The notes below the pieces were generated by a model, which saw only the letters and a program-made list of their open reading frames with translations, did no database searches and was not told the DNA's origin. A stretch of 64,000 bases of DNA, taken from Octopus sinensis (lineage: Eukaryota). Shown one piece after another: positions 1 through 13,233 of the stretch. The first letter of the stretch is position 1. Each line of letters begins with the position of its first letter. The translations under genes were made by a program, and so were the position numbers. The stretch lies in the NCBI RefSeq assembly GCF_006345805.1, contig NC_043018.1:11036001-11100000 (forward strand). Reading direction: 5' to 3'.

Positions 1-300
1 AGATCGTAAAAAAAAAAGAAAGAGAGCATTTTTGACCTCATGTGTTTATTTCCTCCCTGACTGGGGTTCCGTGGTCTTTTCTGTAGGCCTTTCTTCCCAC
101 GGATGAACCCAATCTTGTTATATCAATGTTTACACCATTATTTCTGTGATACACGATTTTTTTTTTTTTTTTTTTTTCCTCCTCTCGATCCCTTTTGATC
201 GCAATCTTACATTTTTAATTTTTTTCCACCCTCGAAAAGAAAAGCTCTGCATTTGTATTTGTCCCCTCTGTATTCAGCCTGTGTGGCTAATAAAAAAAGG
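1..300 (+). mobile_element. 3' UTR of a Tx1/L1-like LINE (same family as 39287-41875)
   Basis: Aligns by eye with 41560-41875 (ccgtgg-t-ttttctgtaggc, tctgtgatacacgat, gatcccttttgatc, cctgtgtggc-AATAAA at 289-294); followed by (TATC)n. Confidence 0.8.
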
Positions 301-303
301 TCT

Positions 304-972
<669 letters not shown>

Positions 973-1089
973 AATATCTATATATGTGTTTGTAGACAAT
1001 TGAAAAGAATTAAATGATAGCATTGCAGTTGCGAGTGTGTCTCCTGGCAACCAATATTTTTAGACCCAGTTCGTCACTGTATATATACA

Positions 1090-1315
1090 TATCACGACAT
1101 CCCACTATTGGCCAGACTGCCGGATGTTGTTATACATCGCTTGTCACAATGAGCATTGTTTTAGCCTTCGAACGATGCCACGCAGCCGGCTCGGCGAGTA
1201 GGCCCACGTTCCCCCCTGATCGGAAGGACATTCCGTCTTAGGTTTGCAGTTTAACAGCCGAGTGGGCCGCAGCAACGTGGCATGAAGTGTTTTGCTCAAC
1301 AACGCAATATAAGCG
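1090..1315 (-). mobile_element. Old SINE remnant
   Basis: gcagcaacgtggcatgaagtgttttgctcaa matches the SINE segment seen at ~22635-22665 and in the SINE D copies. Confidence 0.45.
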
Positions 1316-1370
1316 CGCTACACACACACACGTACACATATAATGCATACATACACAGACAGTTTTTTTT

Positions 1371-1607
1371 TACTTGTTTCAGTCATTTGACTGCGGCCAT
1401 GCTGGAGCACCGCCTTTAGTCGAGCAAATCGACCCCGGGACTTATTCTTTGTAAGCCCAGTACTTATTCTATCGGTCTCTTTTGCCAAACCGCTAAGTGA
1501 TGGGGACGTAATCACACCAGCATCGGTTGTCAAGCATGCTAGGGGGACAAACACAGGCACACAAACATATACACACACATACATACATATATATATAATA
1601 TATAATA

Positions 1608-1638
<31 letters not shown>

Positions 1639-2041
1639 ATAATAAATATTAGGGAATAAATCCAAATTTACAGGGGGAAAAAATCAGATTTAGGATTAAA
1701 TCGATTTTATAGTAAAATATTATAAAATATTATTCGAGACAAAACCACTATTTTGCAAAACAAACAAGGAAAGACTTAATCAATACATAAATTTATGTAT
1801 TGATTAAGTCTTTCCTTGTTTGTTTTGCAAAATAGTGGTTTTGTCTCGAATAATATTTTATATATATATATATATATATACATATATTCGACAGGCTTAT
1901 TTCAGTTTCCGTCTACCAAATCCACTCACAAGGCATTGGTCGGCCCGGGGCTATAGCAGAAGACACTTTGCCCAAGATGCCACGCAGTGAGACTGAACCC
2001 GGAACCATGTGATTGGTAAACAAGCTACTTACCACACAGCC
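1371..2041 (-). mobile_element. Bipartite tRNA-derived SINE (family B) with internal microsatellite and palindromic cargo
   Basis: Head (gctgtgtggtaagtagcttg...gggttcagtctcactgcgtggc...gtagacggaaactgaaa) at ~1889-2041, tail module (gacaaccgatgctggtgt...cagtcaaatgactgaaacaagt) at ~1371-1556; near-identical modules at 34393-34788 and 56712-57128. Confidence 0.88.
1721..1862. repeat. Perfect 142-bp palindrome (71-bp arms, no spacer)
   Basis: Centre cataaa|tttatg at 1791/1792; arms checked by eye out to 1721/1862. Confidence 0.96.
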
Positions 2042-2464
2042 TCTCCTTCGATTACAATCCATCCTCATCCACTTGGCATCCACCACTACAATCGTCAAAC
2101 CTTCTCTCCCTGCCCCTCCTTCACATCGCTCTCAGAAACAACTCAACCACGCTTGTCTTGTCTTAGAATACCATTGATCGAAACGTCGATTGTCAGTTAA
2201 ACGTGCACAAGAGATGCTTTTGTTTCTCCCTCACGTCTGCCGACAGACACGAAATTTTTTAATTATTGAGTGTATATAGTAGGCTTTGCTAATCATTATC
2301 ACAGCGATAATCGTTCTTCGGTTAATTAATTGAGACATTTAGTTACAGTAAACAGTTTCTTGAAAAATATTTTTCTTTTTCTATTTTCCAATGCCACTAA
2401 ACATCTAACTGTGCCCCGAGTGACAGTGTTGTAGTTTCTTTGTGTATGTATGTATTTAAGTATG

Positions 2465-2550
2465 GATGTGGTTATGTGTGTGGTTATGTGTGTGGTTATG
2501 TGTGTGGTTATGTGTGTGGTTATGTGTGTGGTTATGTGTGTGGTTATGTG
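2465..2550. repeat. (GTGTGGTTAT)n 10-bp minisatellite, about 7 units
   Basis: Direct reading. Confidence 0.9.
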
Positions 2551-2679
2551 TGTGTATGTGCATACGTATAACATATATGTATAACATATCGTTGGCTTAT
2601 ACACATACACAGATGTGTCTATGTATGTGATGTGTCTTTGTGTCTGTATGTGAAATGTACAAATAAACATATACAAAGG

Positions 2680-2748
2680 TGTATATATATATATATGTAT
2701 ATGTATATATATTATATATATATATATATATATAATATTATATATATA

Positions 2749-2834
<86 letters not shown>

Positions 2835-2913
2835 ATATCTATCTATCTATCTATCTATCTATCTGACTGTCTGTCTATCTATCTGTCTATCTGTCTATCT
2901 GTCTATCTGTCTA

Positions 2914-2947
<34 letters not shown>

Positions 2948-2998
2948 GATAGATATACTTATATATATATATACTCACAAACATACATATAGATGTGC

Positions 2999-3043
<45 letters not shown>

Positions 3044-3900
3044 CATACATACACATGCACATACATATACTTTGTCTCTGTCTGTATATGCACACAAATG
3101 TGTGTGTGTGTTTGTATAATTGTGCATTTATGTGTACGAGCGTGGAAGTGTGTGTATATGAGAATGAATGAATGTCATTGTACGTATGTATATGTGTGGA
3201 TTAGCGTGAATGCCTGCACGTGCGCGCGCATGTGTGTTCGCGTGTGTGTGTGCGTGCGTCTGTGTGTGTGTGTGTACATCGTATTTCCTTCTATCCTCGA
3301 AATTCTTTCTCAATATTTGGCCCTCAAGAAAACACAACCGCGACACAGAGGGCGGCGCAGTAATGCGGGGCGGCACGGATCGGTGGCGGTGGTGATGGAG
3401 GAGGCGGTGCCATTGAAAACATAGTAATTATCAAAAGACTAAGAAGTAGAACTCCCGAAAGAATGGTAATTTACTTCAATTGTTAATGATTTTTTTATCT
3501 AATGATGACTTTTTTCTTTTATTTTATCGATTTATTTATTAATTGATTCCCAACTTCTTATCTTCCCCGCCTTTTTTTTGAATGTTTTTTGCATTATTTT
3601 CTTTTTTTTGATTTTGTCTTGTTTTTTAAGGTTTCAGCAATTTGTTGGTGTCAATCTTCAGGCGAAGTCGGTTCTTGGCGAAACGTTTATTCCACGAGGA
3701 ACACAACAACGCACGCAAGTGATGTGTCTTCATGGTTTCAAACATATCTGTATATGTGCATGTGTGTGTGTGTGTGTGTGTGCATATATATATATGTATA
3801 TATGTATATACACATAATATATATATATGCATATGTATATATATATGTATATATATGTATACATATATATATATATATATATGTGTATACATATATATAT

Positions 3901-3951
<51 letters not shown>

Positions 3952-4026
3952 TATATACATACAAACATATATACATATATATATATACATTTTTATATAC
4001 ATGTATGTATATATATATATATATAT

Positions 4027-4091
<65 letters not shown>

Positions 4092-4200
4092 TACAAGTAT
4101 GTATATACTTACAAACACATATAAAATGATTATATATATATATATTTACATACATACGTACGTATACGTGTGTGTGTATGTGTGTGTGTGTGTGTGTGTG
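2680..4200. repeat. Compound TA/TATC/TC/TG microsatellites with unique spacers
   Basis: Direct reading. Confidence 0.9.
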
Positions 4201-4683
4201 AAACACACACATATCGAATCTTCTGATCAAAGGGATGGAAATTTCCTACTAATTTCACCTTCATCCTAAATTACGCCAATATTACACCTTCAACTCTCTC
4301 TCCCTCTCTCCTTTTCTCTCTCTCTCCCTTTCTCTCCCCCCTTTCTCTCTCTTTTCAGTATCTTCTTTATCCAGACGCCTACCTACAACAACACCAAACA
4401 CACAAGCAAGCTACCAATTATATTTGCCAAACCGATCCTGTTACTAATTTTAGCCAATCCTACCATGACATCGACTGTGAAAACTCCCGAAGTGAAAGAA
4501 ACGCCAAAAAAAAAAAAAAAACACACACAAACAAACCAAAAAATAAACCACAAAGAAAATCCAAAAACAAAAACAAAAAAATCCAAGGAAATAATTTGTT
4601 GCATTATTTATTTGTTATTTTATATATTTATTTATTTTTGTTTCATTTGCTTTTTTTCCCACTCATCTTCGTTCCTCCTCTTC

Positions 4684-4684
4684 G

Positions 4685-4748
<64 letters not shown>

Positions 4749-4800
4749 AATACTACTACTACTACTACTACTACTGCTGCTACTGCTACTGCTGCTGCTG

Positions 4801-4837
<37 letters not shown>

Positions 4838-4855
4838 AACTACTGCTGCTGCAGA

Positions 4856-4907
<52 letters not shown>

Positions 4908-4926
4908 GCTACTGCTGCTGCTGCTG

Positions 4927-4958
<32 letters not shown>

Positions 4959-4965
4959 GCTGTAG

Positions 4966-5003
<38 letters not shown>

Positions 5004-5255
5004 GCCAATGATGATGATGATCTCTAATTGCGGTAGAAGACCAGAAAATTGAAAGGATGAAAAGGCAAGTCGATCTCATTGACTGGTATTTCATTCTATC
5101 GACCCAGAAAAGAAGAAAAGGTAAAGTGGACCTCGGCGAAATTTGAACTCAGAACTTAAAGAGCTGGAACAGAAATATACCCTGCTAAGCGCATCGTCCA
5201 ATGCGCTAACGGTTCAGTCAAGTCGCCTTCTTCTTCTTCTTCTTCTCTTCTTCTT

Positions 5256-5286
<31 letters not shown>

Positions 5287-5555
5287 TTTTTCTTCTTCTC
5301 CTTCTTCTTCTTCTTCTTTTCTTCTTCTTCTTCCTTCTTCTTTTCTCTTTATTCTTCTTTTTTTCTTCTTCGTTCGTCGTCGTCTTCTTTTCTTCTTCTT
5401 CTTTTCTTCTTATTGTTCTTTTTTTCTTCTTCTTCTTCTTCTTCTTCTTCTTCTTCTCTCCTCCTTGTTGTTGTTGTTGCTGTTGTTGTTCTTCTTCTTC
5501 TTCATCTTCTTCTCCTCCTCCTCCTCTTCCTTGTTGTTGTTGTTGTTGTTGTTCT
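4684..5555. repeat. (CTA/CTG)n and (CTT/GTT)n trinucleotide tracts flanking an old SINE A fragment (~5030-5230, minus)
   Basis: Direct reading; gaaaaggtaaagtggacctcggcgaaatttgaactcagaac is the family A body. Confidence 0.85.
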
Positions 5556-5574
5556 TCTTCTTCTTTCAAATTTC

Positions 5575-5780
5575 GGCACAAAGCCAGCAATTCTAAGGGG
5601 TTGGAGTAAGTCGATTGCATCGACCTCAGTATTTCTCTGGTATCTATTTAATCGACCCCGAAGGGGATGAAAGGCGAAGTCAACCTCGATGGCATTCGAA
5701 CTCAGAACATGAAGACGGACAAAAACATCGCTAAGTATTTTGCCCCGGCGAACCAGCATTTCTGCCCAGTCGCTGCCTCC
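5575..5780 (-). mobile_element. SINE family A, older subfamily
   Basis: gaccccgaagg-gatgaaaggcgaagtcaacctcg...gaactcagaac; B-box-like GAGTTCGAAT on minus. Confidence 0.8.
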
Positions 5781-6234
5781 TCCTCCTCCTGATCCCCTCC
5801 TCCTCCTCCCTCCTCCTCATCATCATCATCATCATCATCGTCATCGTCGTCGTTGCCCATTCTGGTCTCCACTGTCATCGATGACGTCGTCACCATCAAC
5901 GCTACCATCATGACAATAATGATGATGATGATGATAATAATAATGATGATGATGGTCATCGTCATCCCACCACCCACCACCCACCACCCACCACCTCTAG
6001 CATGATGATCATCATGATCATCAGCATCATCGTGCCCTCCAAATATAATATCGAGATATTTATTTCCGTCGCATTCGTTCCGTGGACAAAAAGAAGAAGA
6101 GAAACGGTCCTCGATGAATTGGAAAGAAAACAAGCGAAACCTGTTGACCAGACATAAATCTGCTACAGCCACAGGATTCCTACATAGATACACTAACGAT
6201 TTCGCCAGCTCTCTACCTTAATAATAATAACAAC

Positions 6235-6304
<70 letters not shown>

Positions 6305-6306
<2 letters not shown>

Positions 6307-6804
6307 GAAGTGTTTCATGTACATTGTTTTGTCTTGGTATAAAAGATGGGCTACAGCAAATATTCTGCTCAATACCACAGATTTATTGTCAGTGTTTGAC
6401 CTTAACCAGTTGAGCATGTCCCTTAGTGGATTGACGATATGTGCATCTCTGATCACGAGCAGAAGTAGTGGGGGAGCATCATAGCCATGTGTTGAGAGGG
6501 ATTCTTTGGGGTTTGAATAATTTACTTCTGGAAACATGGGTGTTTCGTTCAACATCCTTAAACAACCCTTATTCAGGGACCTTTTGAGCGGGATGGGCTA
6601 CTCGACCTGAAGAAAATTCTAACTGGGCCCCCACCTGCAAGGTCATGTGCTGTTTATCTTGATATGAGATCACCATGTCGCGCACATTTGGTTGTGATGC
6701 ATGTGCCTAGTGTACCCTTATCAGACGGGTAGTCATGATGAGTATATTGGGCTTCGTATATTTTACCCCAGTGTTACTTTGATGGCATGAGCTGTTTCTC
6801 ATTC
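6305..6804 (+). mobile_element. ~500-bp interspersed unit, probably a LINE 3' end, embedded in (TAA)n
   Basis: Reverse-oriented partial copies at 20318-20612 and ~47590-47840; (AAT)n on both sides. Confidence 0.7.
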
Positions 6805-6840
<36 letters not shown>

Positions 6841-7020
6841 TAACTAATAATAATAATAGTAATAATAATAATGATAATAATAATAATAATAATAATGATA
6901 ATAATAATATAATAATAATAATGATAATAATAATAATAATAATAATAATGATAATAAGATGATAATAATAATAATAATGATATATAATAATAAATAATAA
7001 TGATATAATTAATAATAATA

Positions 7021-7051
<31 letters not shown>

Positions 7052-7364
7052 CAATAATAATGATGATAATAATTAATATAATAATAATAATAATAATAAA
7101 TATTAATAATAATAATAATAATGATAATAATAATAATAATCCTTTCTGCTATGGGCATAAGGCCTAAGATTTTGGGGTAGGGGATAGTGGATTACATTGA
7201 CTTCAGTATTTCACTGGTACTTATTTTATCGACCTTGGAAGGATTAAAGTCAAAGGAGACATCGGCGGAATTTGAACTCAGAACATAAAGAGAGACGAAA
7301 TGCCGCTATGCTAAAGATTCTGCCAGCTCGCCGCCTTAATAATAACAATAACAACAACAACAAC

Positions 7365-7449
<85 letters not shown>

Positions 7450-7461
7450 GTGATGATGATG

Positions 7462-7499
<38 letters not shown>

Positions 7500-7591
7500 C
7501 TGCTGCTGATGATGATGATAATAACAATAATCATAATAATGGAAATGATGATAATTATAACAACATCCACGATTATGAATAATAATAACAC

Positions 7592-7639
<48 letters not shown>

Positions 7640-7652
7640 TGATGATGATAAC

Positions 7653-7687
<35 letters not shown>

Positions 7688-7766
7688 TGATAATAATAAT
7701 AATAATAATATAATAATAATAATAATAATAAAATAATAATAGAATAATAATGATGATGATGATAAC

Positions 7767-7819
<53 letters not shown>

Positions 7820-7832
7820 TGATGATGATAAC

Positions 7833-7866
<34 letters not shown>

Positions 7867-7874
7867 TGATGATG

Positions 7875-7907
<33 letters not shown>

Positions 7908-7938
7908 TAATAATAATAATGATATGATGATGATAACA

Positions 7939-7983
<45 letters not shown>

Positions 7984-7991
7984 TGATGATG

Positions 7992-8040
<49 letters not shown>

Positions 8041-8048
8041 TGATAATG

Positions 8049-8082
<34 letters not shown>

Positions 8083-8180
8083 TGATAATAATATTAATAA
8101 TAATAATAATAATATAATATAATAATAATAATAATAACAACAACAATGATAATGATGACGATGGTAATGATGATGATAAT
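6805..8180. repeat. (AAT/GAT/AAC)n tracts interrupted by an old SINE A (~7140-7338, minus)
   Basis: Direct reading. Confidence 0.9.
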
Positions 8181-8917
8181 AAAGAAGATATAACTATGAA
8201 AACTAATGACAAAGCTGTATTGGAAATGTTATTCTGCATTTATTATAAAGAAAGATGCGAAAGTTATTGACCAATTTTTTTCTTTCTTTCTTTCTTTCTT
8301 TCTAAATCTTGAATAAAAGACAAGCTGAAAACAATGCGAAGTTGCTCGAGGCAATCAAGTGTATGTACCCTGTTAACTTCCAATTATATATAGAAGAAAA
8401 AAAACCCAACAACAACTTTGCATTGCGTATCATTATTCATTTTCTCTTCTTATCTGTTGGATCAGCTCCACGCACATTGCATTATCTCGTTGAGTAACGG
8501 TACATATTATAAGAAAGTGCCATTGTTAACGCATAATAATATATTGCATGATGTGTAAAATACTTTAAAGCGAAAAAAACTGATGCGAATGGTAGAGCTT
8601 TCGCTGCTTTTCAGTAGCGAATGAAGGAGCTTCTCTGTGTTCGTTCGATCTGCGAGAAATAGCAGCCAACCAGACGTCTCTCAAATAACGAAAGAGAAAA
8701 CAAGGGAAAGAGAAAACAAGGGAAGAAGGAATATAATATAGTTCTAGATACACCGTGCTTGAAGAAAATAAGTTTAGATGGTCATGACTGGAACCACTGT
8801 TGATCGTATGTTTTTTGAATCGGGTCTGGTCACAAGGGTTCAACAACATCAACAACAAAAAACAACAGCAGCAGCAGCAACAACATCAACAGCATTAGCA
8901 GCACCACCATCAACAAT

Positions 8918-8958
<41 letters not shown>

Positions 8959-9125
8959 AAACAACAACAGCAGCAGCAGCAACAAGAACAAAAACAAATA
9001 CGAAGAAGTTTGCATCAAATAATACAGTCCTAGATATGCTATGTTTGAAATATAAGACGAGATGGTCACAGCTGGAATGCCTTTAATCATTCGTTAGTAT
9101 ATTAAACTAGGAGTGACTACGATAT

Positions 9126-9721
9126 CTAAACATCGACATATACAAAACAATATGTACAAAGAAAGATCTTCATCTGCGTAAAACGATGTTGTGCGTATGG
9201 TGGGACTGGGAAGAGATTATCCATTACGAATTGCTTGAACGGAACCAAACGGTCAACGCGGAACTCTATGTTCAACAGATAGAACGACTCAACACGGCTA
9301 TTCAAGAGAAAAGGCCTAATCGTCAGCATGGAGTTCTTCTGCTGCACTACAACGCCCGCCCTTATATCACGAATATCACCAAGGAAGCCATTCAAATGCA
9401 TGGCGGGGAAGTGCTGCCACACCCGCCGTACTCTCCTGATTTGGTACCAACGGATTTCCACCTCTTTCGATCTCTTTCAAATGCTATGCAAGGAGTTTCA
9501 TTCAATACTGATGCAGTATTGAGAACTTGGATCAATTTTTCGAATCGAAATCGGGTGATTTCTACCAAGGAGGTATTGAAAATCTTGTTGAACTTTGGGA
9601 AGAAGTTCTAAGCAACAAGGGTGAATACATTATTGATTAATTAGTTGTTATTTTTTTTATTAAACCTTTAAAAAAATTTAAATTGAAAAAAAACGGCGGG
9701 AACTTAGTTGCCAACCCAATA
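9126..9721 (+). mobile_element. 5'-truncated mariner element; transposase catalytic-domain pseudogene (~9186-9550)
   Basis: MLCVWWD, LLHYNARP and HPPYSPDLVPTDFHLF (WVPHEL/YSPDL-family motifs); right TIR ttagttgccaacccaa followed by TA at 9720-9721. Confidence 0.92.
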
Positions 9722-9788
9722 GAAGACCGAACCTGCAACCATGTAGTTATGAAGCAAACTTCTTACTACACAGCCACGTGTGTGTGTG

Positions 9789-9854
<66 letters not shown>

Positions 9855-9884
9855 TGAAGAGGTTATATATATATACAGATATAT

Positions 9885-10156
9885 TTTATCATTAATTAAA
9901 ATCACAGGGTAGCAAGAATATTCATCGAAAAATTCTTAGTTACCAGTGGTCTAGCAAGAAAGAAAAAATTAGTCAATAGACCATATATTATTCAGAGAAT
10001 ACAGTGTACGTTCAAACACAAAAGAGATACCCGAAGATTAAGGTAAAAGTTTTTATTTTCCAATCACTTTCGGAATTACAACAATTGGTGGCTTGGAGTT
10101 TTAACTGTTCTTTCTAGCGAGTCAGATATCCTATTCTTCGGGTATCTCTTTTGTGT

Positions 10157-10161
<5 letters not shown>
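9885..10161. mobile_element. Unclassified insert in (TA)n with a terminal 27-bp perfect inverted repeat (possible Penelope-type end)
   Basis: ttcaaacacaaaagagatacccgaaga at 10011-10037 and its reverse complement at 10135-10161. Confidence 0.5.
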
Positions 10162-10222
<61 letters not shown>

Positions 10223-10255
10223 GTATATATGTATATGTATGAATATCTATATCTA

Positions 10256-10449
<194 letters not shown>

Positions 10450-10450
10450 A

Positions 10451-10601
10451 GACGGGCTTCTTTCAGTTTCCGTCTACCAAATCCACTCACAAGGCTTTGG
10501 TCGGCTCAAGGCTATAGTAGAAGACACTTGTCCAAGGTGCCACGCAGTGTAACTGAACACGAAACCATGTGGTTGGGAAGCAAGCTTCTTACCACACAGC
10601 T
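10451..10601 (-). mobile_element. SINE family B head
   Basis: Matches 1889-2041 and 56973-57128. Confidence 0.85.
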
Positions 10602-10626
10602 ACATATATATATATTTATATATATA

Positions 10627-11023
10627 CTAGCAGTATCGCCCGGCGTTGCTCGGGTTTGTAAGGGAAATAACTATATAAGCATTTTTAGAGAGTTATAGCA
10701 AAAAAATAGCAAAAAATGCATTAAAAATTGAAAAAAAATTAAGGTAAATTTTTTTTTAAATCGTTGACACATCGTAGATATTTTTAGAGAGTTACTTCCC
10801 TTATATAATAGCGAAAAAAATGCATTAAAATGGAAAAATATGATGGTAAATTTTTTTAAAATCGTAGACTCATCGTAGACGCGCGCTAATACCCAGAAGG
10901 GCTCGATATGAATCACGACTATAAGATACCCGCTTTTGGTTAAACTGCACCGCAAAATGTGGGAGTAGTTAGGAATCTAAATCGTAGGAGACAGACACAC
11001 AACTTCACTCTTATATATAAAGA
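10627..11023 (-). mobile_element. Non-autonomous Helitron
   Basis: On minus: A^TC start at 11023, GC hairpin CCCGAGCAACGCCGGG (10639-10654), CTAG^T end at 10627; internal ~110-bp direct repeat. Confidence 0.8.
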
Positions 11024-11135
11024 TATAAGCCACGTAGTTATATACACATACTTTGTTATATACACATTCTTAAAAGAAAATGTTATTTTGAATACAACAT
11101 TTATAAAGAATAAAATAGTTTTTGGTTTTTCTTAA

Positions 11136-12210
11136 CCCTTTCGTTACTATATTTCTGACCAAAATACACCCCTTATGTGTTTCAATTAATTTCTAACGTA
11201 ATCATAAATTTAGTCTGGTTTCATTAAACAACTATAATTTTTTTATTTATCAATATATTAACATGAATTTTGGAAGATAATTTAATGAAATGTTCTCAAC
11301 CAATTCTATACTATAATTTTTGTCACAAAGTGACTCTAATTGCAGGTAGATACAGGTAAATTCAACAATATATAAAATTTTTTAAATTTTGTTCAAACAT
11401 CGCTATAGAAAATGGGTTATTAGCTAATATTCAATTGGGTATACAACAAAATTTTACGATAGAATTTGTTATTCTGGGTAACTTTCTGATACCGATAATA
11501 ATATTTATGGCAAAATAGGCCTTAATTTCATTTATGGTTGTGGGAAATAACAAACTATCCTTTCTTTCGCTTTGTTTACGTTTAGCGTAACAGTTCGTTT
11601 CCGCCGTAATGATTTCAAATGGGCTCATTCGAAAAAGTAAAAAGAAATAGTCTAAGGCTTTACTCTTCTGGGAAAGTCTGTGGCTTGGTCCAGTTTCTTC
11701 AGAAAAATCACCGAAAGAAACAGTTTTTAAATTTTCACTTCATTCAGGTGCCAATTCATTTTCTTTATCGCTGTCGGAGCTCTCGGATTCACTGTTTTCA
11801 CTTTCGGAAAATGAAACATCAGATTCATTATCAAATACCACATGCTTTTATTTTTCAGTCATAGAGTTAGATTATGAAGGTCTTCAGTAGAAAATCTTTC
11901 GAATTCTGACTCGCTGCTTGATATAATGAAATTCGTATCCATTTTTTGTCAGAATTACAAATTTTGAAAACACAATAGGAACAAATTTCGGAAAAAATCT
12001 CCCATAATTCACGGAATTAAAATTACACTTCGATTTTTGTACAAAACTGTAGTCGAACTCTTTACGAAGTATAATACGTGTTTTCACGAATATACTAAAG
12101 AGATTTACTCTGATATTCTCATTTAAATATGAATAGGTAAATTTGGGCGGTTTGGGGCGGCTTGGTCACATTAACCAAAATTTTTTTCGGGCGGTTTGGT
12201 AACGAAAGGG
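11136..12210 (-). mobile_element. piggyBac internal-deletion derivative
   Basis: TTAA at 11132-11135 and 12211-12214; perfect TIRs CCCTTTCGTTAC / GTAACGAAAGGG. Confidence 0.93.
11440..11942 (-). pseudogene. N-terminal piggyBac transposase remnant
   Basis: Acidic N-terminus (MDTNFIISSSESEF...ESESSDSD), then FEIITAETNCYA and PTTINEIKAYFAINIIIGIRKLP, typical of PGBD proteins; stops and frameshifts; catalytic domain deleted. Confidence 0.85.
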
Positions 12211-12429
12211 TTAAACGGATGCATACATTTATTAATAACTATCTATAAGTGTCGTCTGTTTATACATAAACACTGTTTCATACTGCAATTATATATACAT
12301 ATATCTATATATAATATTATATAATAAAATATATACAGAATATGTGTATATATTTATGTATGTGTAAATATATACTGAAAGAAGCTCGGCTCGCCAATTA
12401 ATACTACCAAAATTTAACGACAGAAAGTA

Positions 12430-13233
12430 AAATAAAAACCAATTTACCTTTTCTGTATTGTTATAGCAATTCGACCGTCCGTGTGTCTTTGCAAATGTGT
12501 TGGAATGAGAAGTGAGTTGTGTTTGGCGCGTTTTTTACTAATAACAAACACACGTATTTGTATGTAGTTGTTTGAAACGTATGTGTTTGTCACTGTCATA
12601 TATGTATGTGTATGCGTGTGTGTGAGGAATGACACACACACACTCACGCACGCACACATGTACATCAATGCTTTCGGAGTGAAATGTTAAAATATTGAGT
12701 TTTCTCGAATTTTGTCTTAATTGGGGGTAAAATTGAAAGAAATTTTTTATGGCATGACCCAACGGAAGTACTCTGAAAAATCATGGGTAAACTTTAATTG
12801 AAGAAATTGTGTGAGGAGTAAATCGTTACGTATTTATTTGTTTCTGTTTGCTGTTTTTTTTTTTAGTAGTGGTTTAAGGTACACTTCTCTCGTTTTATCG
12901 AAGTAGTTTCACTTTAATCGTTGCAAACTTGCAAAGAGAAAGTCGTAGAAATTAGAGTGATAGCATGAGTGAATCAGATAGCTCCCTTTTTGTGTGTGTG
13001 TGTGCGTGTGCTATAGCCCACACTAAGAAAAGCACTTGACTCACACACCACAATGTGAGTTTTCTCTAAATTTTGCTTAATTGGGGTTGAAATTTTAAAA
13101 ACCGGACCTGGCAAGACCCGATGCATTCTACTCTTAAAAATGCTAGGTAAATTGTAATTGAAGAAATCCTATATTGTAGATTTCTATAAGAGACAAAGGG
13201 AGGCAGATAAAATCTGCCTTTTATAATAAGAGA
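12430..13233 (-). mobile_element. Possible Helitron-like non-autonomous element
   Basis: A^TCTCTTATTATAAAAG start at 13233, hairpin GGCAGAT-AAA-ATCTGCC (13202-13218), diverged internal ~130-bp repeat (12660-12810 vs 13043-13170); 3' end not found. Confidence 0.4.

Noticed and set aside
4465-8239. Poly-L/T/N/I/S ORFs resembling low-complexity or membrane proteins
   Set aside because: Translations of (CTA)n, (CTT)n and (AAT)n microsatellites.
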